A stretch of DNA of 64,000 nucleotides from an uncultured delta proteobacterium (GCA_963827685.1 CAWHBU010000001.1:128001-192000), one strand, 5' to 3'. Shown: positions 39,439 through 49,625, counted from the stretch's first letter. Notes: a model not told the origin generated them from the letters alone. Numbers and translations: made by a program.

Positions 39439-39955
39439 TTACATGGAAAAACTGACCTTCCCAATTCGAGACCGTCTAGAACGAATTAATATTTTATAAA
39501 AAAAACCCAGGCTTCTTTCAGTAGCTTCCCTCTTGATCTCTCTGCGGGTCCCCTTTAGGTCTAATTTCTCCACCCATGTTCCTTTTCCCTTAGCAATGCC
39601 GATAAAAACTCTTCCAACAGGAGATCTTTTTGTTCCACCTGTTGGTCCTGCCACACCTGTGGTGGATAATCCGAATGTCGTATTAAAGGCTTTCCGAACT
39701 CCCTGAGCCATCTTCTTCGCCACCTGGGGACTCACAGCTCCGTATTTCTTTATATCATTCAAAGGAATCCCTAAATGCCTGGCCTTCGATTCGTTGCTGT
39801 AAGTTAACCATTCCTCCCATAAAGTAGTCCGAGCTGCCTGACACATTGGTGATACGATCGCTAATCAATCCTCCAGTACAAGATTCTGCAATCGATAGGG
39901 TCCATCTTCTTTCCCTCAAACGACCTCCAATGGTTTTTTCTAAGGAATTGCGCAT
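39439..39955 (-). pseudogene. CinA C-terminal/PncC (NMN deamidase) family gene with 1-nt frameshift
   Basis: AESCTGG...SGSSDYFMGGMV in one frame, TYSNESK...GAVS...TGVAGP in the next; extra base at about 39805. Confidence 0.85.
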
Positions 39956-40014
39956 TATTTTCACCCCCACCCTCACCCTCCCCCATCAAGGGGGAGGGGA
40001 TTTTTAAAGTGAAG

Positions 40015-40464
40015 TTATATGAAGAGATAGATAAGATGGAGAATGATATTGGCATAAACTCCCGCCAACACATCATCCAAGACAACTCCCCATCCTCCCT
40101 TTAATCTCATCTCCAGACTGCGGATGGGAAAGGGTTTGAGAATATCAAAAAACCGGAAGAGAAAAAAACCCATTATGATAAAGGGGAGCGTTTTGGGAAC
40201 CCAGAGCATGGTGATCAGAAAACCGATTATCTCATCGATGACGATCCTCTGATCATCTTTTTTCCCAAAGAATATTTCGGCATTTTCTGAAATCCAAACG
40301 GAGAGAAAGAAAAAACCAATGAGAGTAATTTCATAGAGTGGTGAAGGGATCTCGGAAAGGAAGTAGTAGATAGGGATTGCGACGAGGGTTCCCAGAGTCC
40401 CTGGGGCAACGGGAGAGTACCCGACTCCAAATCCGGTGGCGAGGAAGAGGAAGAAATGATTCAT
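40015..40464 (-). CDS. pgpA: Phosphatidylglycerophosphatase A
   Basis: APGTLGT, IVIDEIIG, FRFFDILKPFPI, GVVLDDVLAG. Confidence 0.95.
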   Translation of the reverse strand: MNHFFLFLATGFGVGYSPVAPGTLGTLVAIPIYYFLSEIPSPLYEITLIGFFFLSVWISENAEIFFGKKDDQRIVIDEIIGFLITMLWVPKTLPFIIMGFFLFRFFDILKPFPIRSLEMRLKGGWGVVLDDVLAGVYANIILHLIYLFI

Positions 40465-40465
40465 C

Positions 40466-40567
40466 TTCGTATTGCGGATTTCGGAATTTTTAAACCAAGG
40501 AAAGAAATCATAGGCTAATATTAAAAAGATTCCGCATTCTGCAATCCGCATTCCGCATTTGCTCATC
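40466..40567. repeat. 7-nt periodic IR element (TGCGGAW)n/(TTCCGCA)n, 102 bp, in frame with pgpA
   Basis: ATTGCGGATTTCGGAAT ... ATTCCGCATTCTGCAATCCGCATTCCGCAT; TCATC at 40461-40465 and 40563-40567. Confidence 0.85.
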
Positions 40568-41321
40568 AGAGTCTGACTATGACTCCCTTTTCCTTCAAGT
40601 ATGTTTTGACCTGACCAATGGTGAATTCTCGATAATGGAAGATAGAAGCCGCGAGCACGGCGTCGGCCTTTCCGAGAACGAGACCTTCATAAAGATGTTG
40701 GAGATTGCCAACGCCCCCTGAGGCAATGACAGGAATACTCCCCTGCTCTGAAATGGTTCGCGTCAATTCAATGTCGTAGCCATCTTTTGTTCCATCCCGA
40801 TCCATGCTCGTCAGTAAGATCTCACCCGCTCCCATCTCCTCCATCTTCTTTGCCCAATGGATCGCATCAATTCCTGTTGGGACCCTTCCTCCGTGGGTAT
40901 AAACTTCCCAGCTCTCCCCTTTTCTTTTTGCATCAATGGCGATCACGATACATTGGCTTCCAAAACGTTTCGAGGCTCTTTCTACAAAATGTGGATCCTT
41001 CACAGCAGCGGTATTGATCGATACCTTATCCGCTCCAGCCTTAAGAAGCTTACGAATATCCTCCAAACGTCTGACCCCGCCTCCCACCGTGAGGGGAATA
41101 AAGATTTCCTCCGCCGTCCTGCGAACAACATCAATGAGAATGTTCCTCTCCTCATACGAGGCCGTGATATCTAAAAAAGCGATTTCATCCGCACCTTGTT
41201 CATCATAGACTTTAGCATTCTCCACCGGGTCGCCGGCATCCTTCAGGTCTGCAAACTGAGTTCCCTTCACCACCCTTCCGCTTTTTACATCCAGACAGGG
41301 GATAATTCTTTTTGCCAGCAT
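40566..41321 (-). CDS. hisF: Imidazole glycerol phosphate synthase cyclase subunit
   Basis: [33 protein letters not shown]. Confidence 0.97.
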   Translation of the reverse strand: MLAKRIIPCLDVKSGRVVKGTQFADLKDAGDPVENAKVYDEQGADEIAFLDITASYEERNILIDVVRRTAEEIFIPLTVGGGVRRLEDIRKLLKAGADKVSINTAAVKDPHFVERASKRFGSQCIVIAIDAKRKGESWEVYTHGGRVPTGIDAIHWAKKMEEMGAGEILLTSMDRDGTKDGYDIELTRTISEQGSIPVIASGGVGNLQHLYEGLVLGKADAVLAASIFHYREFTIGQVKTYLKEKGVIVRL

Positions 41322-41333
41322 CTTAGGTTCCTT

Positions 41334-41412
41334 AATTCAGAATTAAGGAGCCAGAATTCAGAATGGACTATGTTTTTCCTATTCTGGCTTCTGGCTTCTG
41401 CCTTCTGCCTTC
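41334..41412. repeat. 7-nt periodic IR element (CAGAATT)n...(TTCTGGC)n overlapping the hisA 3' end
   Basis: AATTCAGAATTAAGGAGCCAGAATTCAGAAT ... ATTCTGGCTTCTGGCTTCTGCCTTCTGCCTTCT. Confidence 0.8.
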
Positions 41413-42131
41413 TTAACTAATCGTATGGCTTCTTCCAAATCGAGGCCCCCTGTATAGAGGGCGCGACCTACAATCACTCCGATGACTCCATCCGGTTCTA
41501 ACTCCAGGAGATGTTCAATGTCCTCAATTCGCGAAACTCCACCTGAAGCAATCACTGGGATCGAAGTGGATCGAGCTAAGCTCTTGGTTGACTGAACGTT
41601 TAAACCTGTGCCCATCCCGTCTCTCTCGATATCTGTGAAGATAATCGCTGAAAGGCCCATCCCTTCAAACTGATGTGTCAGATCGATCGCTTCCAAAGAA
41701 ACCACCTCATTCCAGCTCTGGATAGCAACCTTTCCTCCTTTGGCGTCGATTCCGAGGATCACCTTTTCGGGAAACCGATGGCACGCCTCCTCAATCAAGG
41801 AACGATTTTGGAAAGCCGCCGTTCCTAAGATGACCCATCTCACTCCGGATGAAAGATAATCCTCGATGGTGGCCAGATCACGAATGCCTCCGCCCACTTC
41901 GATCGGAATTTGGACGGATTGGCTGATCTCCTTGATCAGAGATTGATGAATAGGCCTCCCCGCCACGGCTCCGTTAAGATCAACCACATGAAGCCTCTCT
42001 GCTCCCTTTGACTCCCATTGCTTGGCCATTTCAACAGGATGTTCTGAATAAACTGATTCCTGATCCATCCTGCCCTGAGAGAGTCTGACACATCTCCCAT
42101 CTTTCAGGTCTACAGCAGGGATAACGATCAA
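41379..42131 (-). CDS. hisA: ProFAR isomerase
   Basis: IPAVDLKDGRCVRL, HVVDLNGA, VGGGIR, TDIERDG, ASGGV. Confidence 0.96.
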   Translation of the reverse strand: MIVIPAVDLKDGRCVRLSQGRMDQESVYSEHPVEMAKQWESKGAERLHVVDLNGAVAGRPIHQSLIKEISQSVQIPIEVGGGIRDLATIEDYLSSGVRWVILGTAAFQNRSLIEEACHRFPEKVILGIDAKGGKVAIQSWNEVVSLEAIDLTHQFEGMGLSAIIFTDIERDGMGTGLNVQSTKSLARSTSIPVIASGGVSRIEDIEHLLELEPDGVIGVIVGRALYTGGLDLEEAIRLVKKAEGRSQKPE

Positions 42132-42784
42132 GGCGTTTCCTCCAACTCCTTGGGTCCGGGGAAACGTTTCAACATCTCATCCATTCCCACGCTTGAGAGT
42201 TCTTCTGCCGTCAGCCAAGAGGCTTTTCTTCTAAAGAAAGACCCTATTTTGAGAAGGTTCTCGCTAAGGGGCTTTTGCGTCTCATCAAATTTTCCTATCC
42301 ACACCATCTTCTCGTCCCTCAACCGGATGAGATGGACATCGAAGCCCACCGAGGCGGGTTTCTCCGCACCGATATGAGATCCAATCCTTTCCTCAAAACG
42401 GAAGACATATCCAATAAAAATAAAATCCATGTTCAATGTTTTTCCTAACTGGATGGATGAACGCATGGGTTTTATTTCGAACTGCCTCCTGTCGCTTTGG
42501 GAAAGAGCTTCTTCCACTTTTTCCCGAGGAAGAATCTTGAATGTATCCATGGCCTCCATCTTCTCTTGGAGAAGCCGGGTCAGAGTATTTTGTGATCCGG
42601 CTGAAATATCTCCTTTCCGGTAGACCCCTTTACAAATAGGACAAACCGCCCCCCTTCCTGGATCTTCAACTCTCTCGATAAAAAACGGAAAGATGGCTAA
42701 GTTGGGTTTCGTCTCTGCCATCAATTGAACGCTCCATGCGAGGGTCATCCCCAACACGAAAACCAGTAACAGAAACTTTTTCAT
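42128..42784 (-). CDS. Hypothetical exported protein with CxxC
   Basis: Signal peptide MKKFLLLVFVLG, VCPIC, FDETQKPLSENL; stop overlaps the hisA start. Confidence 0.75.
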   Translation of the reverse strand: MKKFLLLVFVLGMTLAWSVQLMAETKPNLAIFPFFIERVEDPGRGAVCPICKGVYRKGDISAGSQNTLTRLLQEKMEAMDTFKILPREKVEEALSQSDRRQFEIKPMRSSIQLGKTLNMDFIFIGYVFRFEERIGSHIGAEKPASVGFDVHLIRLRDEKMVWIGKFDETQKPLSENLLKIGSFFRRKASWLTAEELSSVGMDEMLKRFPGPKELEETP

Positions 42785-42818
42785 CTGTCCCCTCCTTTGG
42801 ACACTTTTCATCTTTTCT

Positions 42819-43472
42819 TCACTTCTTAGCTCCAATCTTCTTGGCGTCCTCCAAAAATTGTGCAATCCCTTTATCGGTCAGTGGATGTTTCACCATCTGC
42901 TCGATGATGGCGGGAGGGATTGTCACAATTTCTGCCCCCAACATTCCAGCCTCCATGACATGAATGGGATTCCGGACACTGGCGACAATAATCTGTGTTT
43001 CTATGTTTGGATAGTTCCCGTAGATTCCCTTGATCTGCCGAATCAGCTCAAGTCCGTTGAAACTGATATCGTCGAGCCTTCCTAAAAAAGGACAAACATA
43101 AGTGGCGCCAGCCTTTGCAGCCAAAATAGCCTGGCTGGCTGAAAAGAGGAGGGTAACGTTTGTATGAATCCTTTCTGAGGAAAGGATCTTGACTGTTTTT
43201 AAACCTTCTGGAGTGATGGGAATTTTGATGACAATCTCTTCTCCCCAGGTAGCCATGACCTTTGCTTCCTTCACCATCTCCCCACTGGTCGTTCCTGTCA
43301 CTTCCACGTTGACCGGTCCCTTCACTTCCTCTGAAATCTTTCGGATCAGCGACTCTGTCTCCTCTCCTTCTTTTGCAAGAAGTGTAGGATTGGTCGTCAC
43401 TCCATCGACCAAGCCAAGCGCCTTCGCCTTCCTGATCTCGTTGAGATTCGCCGTATCGATGAAGATCTTCAC
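42819..43472 (-). CDS. Transaldolase/fructose-6-phosphate aldolase (short type)
   Basis: IFIDTAN, GVTTNPTL, VIKIP, PFLGRLDD, ASVR. Confidence 0.93.
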   Translation of the reverse strand: MKIFIDTANLNEIRKAKALGLVDGVTTNPTLLAKEGEETESLIRKISEEVKGPVNVEVTGTTSGEMVKEAKVMATWGEEIVIKIPITPEGLKTVKILSSERIHTNVTLLFSASQAILAAKAGATYVCPFLGRLDDISFNGLELIRQIKGIYGNYPNIETQIIVASVRNPIHVMEAGMLGAEIVTIPPAIIEQMVKHPLTDKGIAQFLEDAKKIGAKK

Positions 43473-43500
43473 GTTTCAACCTCCTCTCTTATTAAAAAAT

Positions 43501-43707
43501 CGCAAAGGGCATAGAGTCAAGCGCATAGCGCCTAAAATCCCAAATCACAAAATCCAAATTACAAATAAGCTCCAAATTCCAATTTCAAATGACCAAAACG
43601 ATTTTGTTTGAGATTTCGAATTTGGACCGTTGGAATTTGTTTGTTATTTGGTGCTTATGATTTGGTGCTTCCATGTATGCTATGCTCCAGGCGCTTTGCG
43701 CTATGCT
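43501..43707. repeat. Nested periodic IR elements: (GCATAGC)n arms enclosing (CAAAT)n arms
   Basis: Outer CGCAAAGGGCATAGAG..GCGCATAGCG / TGCTATGCTCC..CGCTTTGCGCTATGC; inner AAATCCCAAATCACAAA... / ...TTTGGTGCTTATGATTTGGTGCTT. Confidence 0.88.
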
Positions 43708-43716
43708 GTTTATTGA

Positions 43717-44550
43717 TTAAACAATCCCCCATTCTCTCACCATATCGTGAATGGCTTTTGTCTGCTTGAGAAGATTTTCCATTTCGTTGAGTGGAATCAT
43801 GCTCGAGGCGTCACAGAGGGCTTGACTCGGTCTTGGATGAGTCTCCAGGAAAAGACCATTGCAACCAACCGCCGCCGCTGCTCTCGAGAGATGGGGAACA
43901 TATTGGGGACTGCCTCCCCCCGGATCCTCACTCGGGATACCATAATTTCTGATGACGTGGGTGGCATCGAAGATCACCGGGCAGCCGATTTCCTGCATGA
44001 TAGGAATAGAACAAAAGTCTGAAATCAATTTATTATAGCCGAAACAAGTTCCTCTCTCGGTCAAAAGGACCTGTCGATTCCCGGTGCTGTAAATCTTCTT
44101 CACGGCTCCTGCCATGCTTTCAGGTGCAACGAATTGCCCCTTCTTGATATTGACCACTTTGCCTGCCGCCCCCACTTTAAGAAGAAGGCTCGTCTGCTGG
44201 CAGAGAAACGCGGGGATTTGGAGAATATCAAGGACCTCTTTTGCCGAATCCACATCTTCCATCCGATGGATGTCAGAGAGGACAGGAACACCCACTTTCT
44301 CTTTCACTTTGGACAAGATCTTCAAACCCTTTTCAAGACCCGGGCCTTTATAAGATCTTTCTGAACCCCGATTGTCTTTCTCATAAGAGGCCTTAAAGAT
44401 ATAGGAAATCTTCAGATTTGAACAGATCTTCTTCATCTCCTTAGCCACCTCGAGGGCATTTGCTTCACTCTCGATCACACAGGGTCCTGCAATGAGAACC
44501 AGAGGGTTCCCTTTTCCGATTTGAATCTCTCCCACCTTAACCTCATTCAT
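43717..44550 (-). CDS. kdsA: 3-deoxy-8-phosphooctulonate (KDO8P) synthase
   Basis: LIAGPCVIE, FKASYEKDNR, QIPAFLCQQT, VNIKKGQF, FDATH, ETHP. Confidence 0.9.
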   Translation of the reverse strand: MNEVKVGEIQIGKGNPLVLIAGPCVIESEANALEVAKEMKKICSNLKISYIFKASYEKDNRGSERSYKGPGLEKGLKILSKVKEKVGVPVLSDIHRMEDVDSAKEVLDILQIPAFLCQQTSLLLKVGAAGKVVNIKKGQFVAPESMAGAVKKIYSTGNRQVLLTERGTCFGYNKLISDFCSIPIMQEIGCPVIFDATHVIRNYGIPSEDPGGGSPQYVPHLSRAAAAVGCNGLFLETHPRPSQALCDASSMIPLNEMENLLKQTKAIHDMVREWGIV

Positions 44551-44593
44551 GGATTACTCCTCCGCTTTATTGTTAAATGCTCCGTAGTAAAAC

Positions 44594-44650
44594 GTAGCGT
44601 CGGCATTTATTGCCGACGCTCTCTTCACCCCCAATAAATGAGGGCGCTAC
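44594..44650. repeat. GTAG-type REP doublet
   Basis: GTAGCGTCGGCATTTATTGCCGACG ... CACCCCAATAAATGAGGGCGCTAC. Confidence 0.85.
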
Positions 44651-44676
44651 AGAGCCTTGGGCGTTCCCGTCTATAG

Positions 44677-45294
44677 TCAAATCGATTTTACAAAATTTTC
44701 CAATATTCTCAATCCTTTTTGTTGACTCTTCTCCGGATGGAATTGGGTGGCAAAGACGTTCTCCTTCCAGATGCTGGAGACGAAAGGTCTGCTATAGGTA
44801 GTGAAAGTGGAGATCCACTGTGTCTCTTCTGGAATGACATAATAGGAGTGGACAAAATAGAAAAAATCCCCACTCACTATGCCCTGGAGCATGGGAACCT
44901 CGCTCTCCTTCTCAATTGTATTCCAACCCATATGGGGAACCTTATGCTCCGGATCGGGCTTGAATTTCACCACTTTTCCTCTGATCAGATCTAATCCCTT
45001 GTGGGCTCCAAACTCTTCGCTTTCAGAGAAAAGAATTTGGAGCCCAAGGCAGATGCCTAAATAGGGCTTTCCTTTCTCAATGGATCGAAGCAGAGGTTCG
45101 ACGAGTCCGTGCCTTTCCAGATTTTCCATGCAATCTTTAAACGCCCCTACCCCCGGAAGTACAATGGCAGAAGCCCCTCCAATCTCCTTTTTGTTTCGGG
45201 TCAATTTTGCTTCAAAACCAATCTTCTCAAAACCCTTCTGCACATTTCTAAGATTTCCCATTCCGTAATCAATGATGACAATCCTTGGAGTCAT
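44677..45294 (-). CDS. hisH: Imidazole glycerol phosphate synthase glutaminase subunit
   Basis: IDYGMGNL, LPGVGAF, GICLGLQ, PHMGWN, QFHPEKS. Confidence 0.97.
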   Translation of the reverse strand: MTPRIVIIDYGMGNLRNVQKGFEKIGFEAKLTRNKKEIGGASAIVLPGVGAFKDCMENLERHGLVEPLLRSIEKGKPYLGICLGLQILFSESEEFGAHKGLDLIRGKVVKFKPDPEHKVPHMGWNTIEKESEVPMLQGIVSGDFFYFVHSYYVIPEETQWISTFTTYSRPFVSSIWKENVFATQFHPEKSQQKGLRILENFVKSI

Positions 45295-45312
45295 GGTTCT
45301 CTCACTGAACAC

Positions 45313-45410
45313 CAGGGTTCGAGGGTTCAAGGATTCGTGGGTTCAAGTTTAAGTAATTTAAAGAAACCATTTTACTTGACCGCTGGAACCCTGGACCCCT
45401 AGAACCCTCA
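45313..45410. repeat. 8-nt periodic IR element (GGGTTCRA)n...(TGGAACCC)n
   Basis: GGGTTCGAGGGTTCAAGGATTCGTGGGTTCAAG ... CTTGACCGCTGGAACCCTGGACCCCTAGAACCCT; same family as 9756-9871. Confidence 0.85.
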
Positions 45411-45414
45411 TCAT

Positions 45415-46008
45415 TTATAGAATTCCTTTGGTTGATGGAATTTGAGAGGCCCGCTCATCAAAAGAGACCGCCTCTCTCAGCGCCCTTCCAAATCCTTTGA
45501 ACACAGCTTCTACCATATGATGGCTATTTCTCCCATAAAGGAGGTTGATGTGAAGGGTGATCCTCGCATGATTGCTAAGAGCCTTGAAGAACTCCTCCAC
45601 TAACTCGGGGTCAAAGGTCCCGATTCTCGATCTTCTTAGTTTCATCTGAAAGACAAGGCAAGGCCTCATTGAAAGATCCAATGCAACGGAGACTAACGTT
45701 TCATCCATTGGAATCATGGCCATCCCGTATCTTTGGATACCTTTCGCCTCTCCAATGGCCTTTCTGATCCCATCCCCAAGACAGATGCCCACGTCCTCCA
45801 CGGTGTGGTGTGCATCTACCCCGATATCGCCCTTTGCTTTGAGGGAGAGGTCCATGCGGCTGTGATAGGCCAACAGGCTGAGCATGTGATCGAAGAAAGG
45901 AATTCCAGTCTTGATCGAATGTTTTCCGTTTCCATCCAGATTTAGTTTTAAGACAACCGCTGTCTCCTTTGTCTTCCGCTTCACCTCTGCCTTGCGATTC
46001 CGTTTCAT
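45415..46008 (-). CDS. hisB: Imidazoleglycerol-phosphate dehydratase
   Basis: TGIPFFDHML, DAHHTVEDVG, PMDE, NSHHMVEAVFK. Confidence 0.97.
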   Translation of the reverse strand: MKRNRKAEVKRKTKETAVVLKLNLDGNGKHSIKTGIPFFDHMLSLLAYHSRMDLSLKAKGDIGVDAHHTVEDVGICLGDGIRKAIGEAKGIQRYGMAMIPMDETLVSVALDLSMRPCLVFQMKLRRSRIGTFDPELVEEFFKALSNHARITLHINLLYGRNSHHMVEAVFKGFGRALREAVSFDERASQIPSTKGIL

Positions 46009-47333
46009 CTTTTCTCCCTGCCCTGAATGCTACGTCGTTCAGGGTCCGTCCTCTTCTGAATCGATTGATAGTGTCCTTCCAATCCTTCCCACTCGGCAAA
46101 TCTCTTGACATCTTTCTCAAACCGCTCCAATGCACCTCGTGTAAAACTCAGCAGATTGGTCCTCTTGATAAAATCCTCCACCCCCAAGGGTGAAGAGAAC
46201 CGAGCTGTGCCGGCTGTGGGAAGAATATGGTTGGGCCCTGCCATATAATCTCCAATAGCCTCAGGCGCATAGGGGCCAAGAAAGACGGCACCTGCGTGTC
46301 GCACACTTTTTATTAGCGAGAGAGGTCTCGAAACAGCAAGCTCCAAATGCTCCGGAGCAATCCGGTTCACCCACTGCATTGCCTGCTCGAGATTTTTGAC
46401 AATCAGAATCGCACCTCTTCGATCCAGGCTTTCAGAGGCCACTTTCCTCCTTTTTAGAGAGGAAAGTTGTCTCTCCACTTCTTTCTTTACTTCCCTTCCG
46501 AATGCTTCAGAGCTGGTAATCAGAATGGCAAGCGCCATTTCATCATGCTCAGCCTGGGAGATGAGATCTGCTGCGACAAAGGAAGAAGGCGTGCTCTCAT
46601 CGGAGACGATCACAATCTCACTTGGCCCAGCCACCATATCGATATCTACCTCGCCGTAGACCAATCTCTTGGCCGCTGCCACATATTGATTTCCCGGTCC
46701 CACAATCTTGTCCACCTTGGAAATCGATTTCGTCCCATAGGCCAGAGCGGCAACAGCCTGAACGCCTCCTACCCGATAGATTCGATCCACCCCTGCCAAA
46801 TCCGCTGCGACCAGGACAGCAGGACTGATCCCCTCTTTCCGGGGGGGAGTCACCATGAGAATTTCCTGAACCCCCGCCACCTTCGCAGGGATGGCCGCCA
46901 TGAGAACGGTCGAAGGATAAGAGGCTTTTCCACCGGGAACATAGATGCCTACCCTCTCTAAGGGCCTCATCACCTGCTCAAGCCGAATCCCTCTCTCTCC
47001 TGCCTTCAATGATGGGATTAATCTCTTGCTCATAAGGTGATGAAACTTTTGAATCCGCTGGGTTGCCTTCTTGAGTGTTCCTAAAAAATCCCGAGGGACC
47101 CCTCTGTAAGCCTCTTTCACCTCGCTTCTCTTCACTTGGAGTTGATGGATCGGAATTCGTAAGCCGTCGAAGACTTGAGTGTAATGAACGAGAGCTTCAT
47201 CTCCTCGTTTTCTCACATCCTCCAATATGGAACGGACTTTCTTTTCGAACCGAAGGCTATTCCGAGCCATTCTTCCTTCCACCTCGGAGAGGTATCTCTC
47301 AAATCCTTTTTCTCCAGCTCGAAAAACTCTCAC
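46005..47333 (-). CDS. hisD: Histidinol dehydrogenase
   Basis: [43 protein letters not shown]. Confidence 0.97.
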   Translation of the reverse strand: MRVFRAGEKGFERYLSEVEGRMARNSLRFEKKVRSILEDVRKRGDEALVHYTQVFDGLRIPIHQLQVKRSEVKEAYRGVPRDFLGTLKKATQRIQKFHHLMSKRLIPSLKAGERGIRLEQVMRPLERVGIYVPGGKASYPSTVLMAAIPAKVAGVQEILMVTPPRKEGISPAVLVAADLAGVDRIYRVGGVQAVAALAYGTKSISKVDKIVGPGNQYVAAAKRLVYGEVDIDMVAGPSEIVIVSDESTPSSFVAADLISQAEHDEMALAILITSSEAFGREVKKEVERQLSSLKRRKVASESLDRRGAILIVKNLEQAMQWVNRIAPEHLELAVSRPLSLIKSVRHAGAVFLGPYAPEAIGDYMAGPNHILPTAGTARFSSPLGVEDFIKRTNLLSFTRGALERFEKDVKRFAEWEGLEGHYQSIQKRTDPERRSIQGREKR

Positions 47334-48592
47334 TCTTCTCCCTCTTTCACCCTTTTAATATTCGCTCCGAGGTTGGCCAATTTTTTGTCCAGTCCCTCAT
47401 ACCCTCGGTCTAAGTGATAGACTCTGGAGACCTCCGTCACACCCTCTGAAGCCAATCCGGCCAGAACGAGGGAGGCACTGGCTCTTAAATCACTCGCCAT
47501 CACCGGTGCTCCACTTAAGCTTTCCACACCCTGAATGATGGCTGAATCGCCTTGGATGCGAATATCGGCTCCCATTCTTCTCAGTTCGCTCACATGGATA
47601 AATCGATTTTCGAAGATGGTTTCGGAAATGACACTCAACCCTTTTGCCATGGACATCAAGACCATGAACTGGGCCTGCATATCCGTTGGGAATCCAGGAT
47701 AAGGTTGCGTCTTGACATCCACGCTCCGAATTCTTTTCGTACCCACCGCCCTGACCCCGTCTCCCTCGGACTCAATCTCCATGCCCGATTCTCTTAATTT
47801 GTGGACAACCATTTCCATTTCAGAAAGAGGACAATGGAGAATCTTTATATTTCCGCGCGTCAGTCCAGCTGCCACCATCAACGTCCCGGCCTCGATCCGA
47901 TCCGGAGTGATCGTATGCTCAACGGCATGAAGCGATTTCACCCCTTCGATCTCGATCACATTCGTCCCTGCACCACTGATCTTTGCCCCCATTTTATTCA
48001 GGACATTTGCTAAGTCAACCACCTCGGGCTCCATGGCAGCATTCTGCAAAGTGGTCTTTCCTTTAGCAAGCGTCGCGGCGATCATCAGATTCTCTGTCCC
48101 AGTAACGGTGACGGTGTCAAAGGAGATATTCGCTCCCCTCAACACGTCGGCCTTTGCCTCGATGTATCCATGACGGAGTTCGATCTTCGCTCCCATGGCC
48201 TCAAGACCCATGAGGTGGAGATTGATCGGCCGTGCGCCAATGGCACATCCTCCTGGAAGAGAAACGGTAGCTCTCTTCATACGAGCCACCAAAGGGCCTA
48301 AGACGAGAATAGATGCCCTCATGGTCTTCACCAAATCATAGGGGGCCTCATCACTGGAGACCTCTGTGGCATTGATCTGATAAACCCCTCCATCCTCCGA
48401 TACTTTTACTCCGAGATTTTTAAGGACCTTGATGATGGTCTGGACGTCCCGCAGGTTCGGAACATTATGGAATCGATTGTCTCCTTCGCTCAGGAGACAG
48501 GAGGCGAAGATCGGAAGGGTGGCGTTCTTTGAGCCGCTCACCCCCACTTCGCCAATTAACCTTTCCCCTCCTCGTATGACGATTTTATCCAT
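47330..48592 (-). CDS. murA: UDP-N-acetylglucosamine 1-carboxyvinyltransferase
   Basis: [36 protein letters not shown]. Confidence 0.98.
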   Translation of the reverse strand: MDKIVIRGGERLIGEVGVSGSKNATLPIFASCLLSEGDNRFHNVPNLRDVQTIIKVLKNLGVKVSEDGGVYQINATEVSSDEAPYDLVKTMRASILVLGPLVARMKRATVSLPGGCAIGARPINLHLMGLEAMGAKIELRHGYIEAKADVLRGANISFDTVTVTGTENLMIAATLAKGKTTLQNAAMEPEVVDLANVLNKMGAKISGAGTNVIEIEGVKSLHAVEHTITPDRIEAGTLMVAAGLTRGNIKILHCPLSEMEMVVHKLRESGMEIESEGDGVRAVGTKRIRSVDVKTQPYPGFPTDMQAQFMVLMSMAKGLSVISETIFENRFIHVSELRRMGADIRIQGDSAIIQGVESLSGAPVMASDLRASASLVLAGLASEGVTEVSRVYHLDRGYEGLDKKLANLGANIKRVKEGEE

Positions 48593-49622
48593 TCTTCGCT
48601 CCGTTAAATCCCCCCTTCCCCCCTTTACTAAAGGGGGGAGATGCGGGGATTTTCTGTGCCTTCACGACTCTTTCTGTGCCAGATAAGTCTGGCAGAATTT
48701 GTGGCCTTAGAAAAGCTCCACTGCTCTCGATTTGTTTCGCGACCATTTCGGCCTGGCCCTGACCCACTTCCATCAGGAGCCATCCTCCTCCTCGCAGAGA
48801 GGAAGGAGCTTGAGAGATGAGGCGCCTGTAAAATTCTAATCCGTCCTCTCCTCCATCCAAAGCGATGACGGGTTCATAATCCCTCACCTCTTTAGCCAAA
48901 GACCCGATCTCGGACCGTATAATATAGGGAGGATTAGAAAGAATAAGATCGAAACCCTCTCTCTCTTTTGAAGAGTGAAAGGGATCCAAGAGATCGCCAT
49001 TCACAAATTCTATCTGATGCTGGACGCCCGCCGATTCAGCATTCTCCTTTGCCAAGACAAGAGCGTCTCTTGAGATATCGGTAGCTACCAGAAATATATT
49101 TTTCACCTCTTTCGCCAAGGCGATAGCAATCGCACCGCTTCCCGTCCCTATTTCGAGAACAGATGGGACTCCGCCCAAAGAATTTTCTGAGAGGATCAAC
49201 TCTTCGGCTCTCGCCGCCTTGCAGGCTGCAGTTTGCTCAGAGTTGATACTGAGTGGTACTATTGACCCCGCCTTTACGGGCGGAGTTTGGTACTGTCGAA
49301 GTATCAAGAGGCTTTGTTCAACCAGAAGCTCTGTTTCCGGTCTTGGAATGAGGACCCGAGGGTCCACCTTAAAACCGATCGACCAAAACTCCTGATGTTT
49401 TAAAATGTATTGAAGAGGTTCTCCCGAAATTCTTCTTTGGATCATCTTCTCCAGGGTCTCTCTCTCCCTTTCCTTGAGTGAGCTATGGAAATTCCTATAG
49501 AGCCCTTCTCTGCTGAGATTCAAAGAACGGGCCAGAAGAAGTTCTGCATCCAGCCGAGGACTTTGAATCTGATGATCCTTCAAACGATTCGTCGACCAAT
49601 TGAGGAGTTCTAAAACCGTCAT
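48585..49622 (-). CDS. prmC: Release factor glutamine methyltransferase with a 36-aa repeat-derived insertion
   Basis: [37 protein letters not shown]; follows prfA. Confidence 0.95.
   Translation of the reverse strand: MTVLELLNWSTNRLKDHQIQSPRLDAELLLARSLNLSREGLYRNFHSSLKERERETLEKMIQRRISGEPLQYILKHQEFWSIGFKVDPRVLIPRPETELLVEQSLLILRQYQTPPVKAGSIVPLSINSEQTAACKAARAEELILSENSLGGVPSVLEIGTGSGAIAIALAKEVKNIFLVATDISRDALVLAKENAESAGVQHQIEFVNGDLLDPFHSSKEREGFDLILSNPPYIIRSEIGSLAKEVRDYEPVIALDGGEDGLEFYRRLISQAPSSLRGGGWLLMEVGQGQAEMVAKQIESSGAFLRPQILPDLSGTERVVKAQKIPASPPFSKGGKGGFNGAKNG
49195..49307. mobile_element. 108-bp composite palindromic element inserted in frame in prmC
   Basis: ATCAA direct repeats at 49195-49199 and 49303-49307; coding strand TTGATACTTCGACAG..CTCAGTATCAACTCTGAGC..GCCGAAGAGTTGAT with two nested hairpins. 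Confidence 0.8.
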
Positions 49623-49625
49623 TCT

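Noticed and set aside
30953-49307. Inteins or introns in gltX and prmC
   Set aside because: The inserts are too short and lack C/S...HN intein termini or group I/II intron features.
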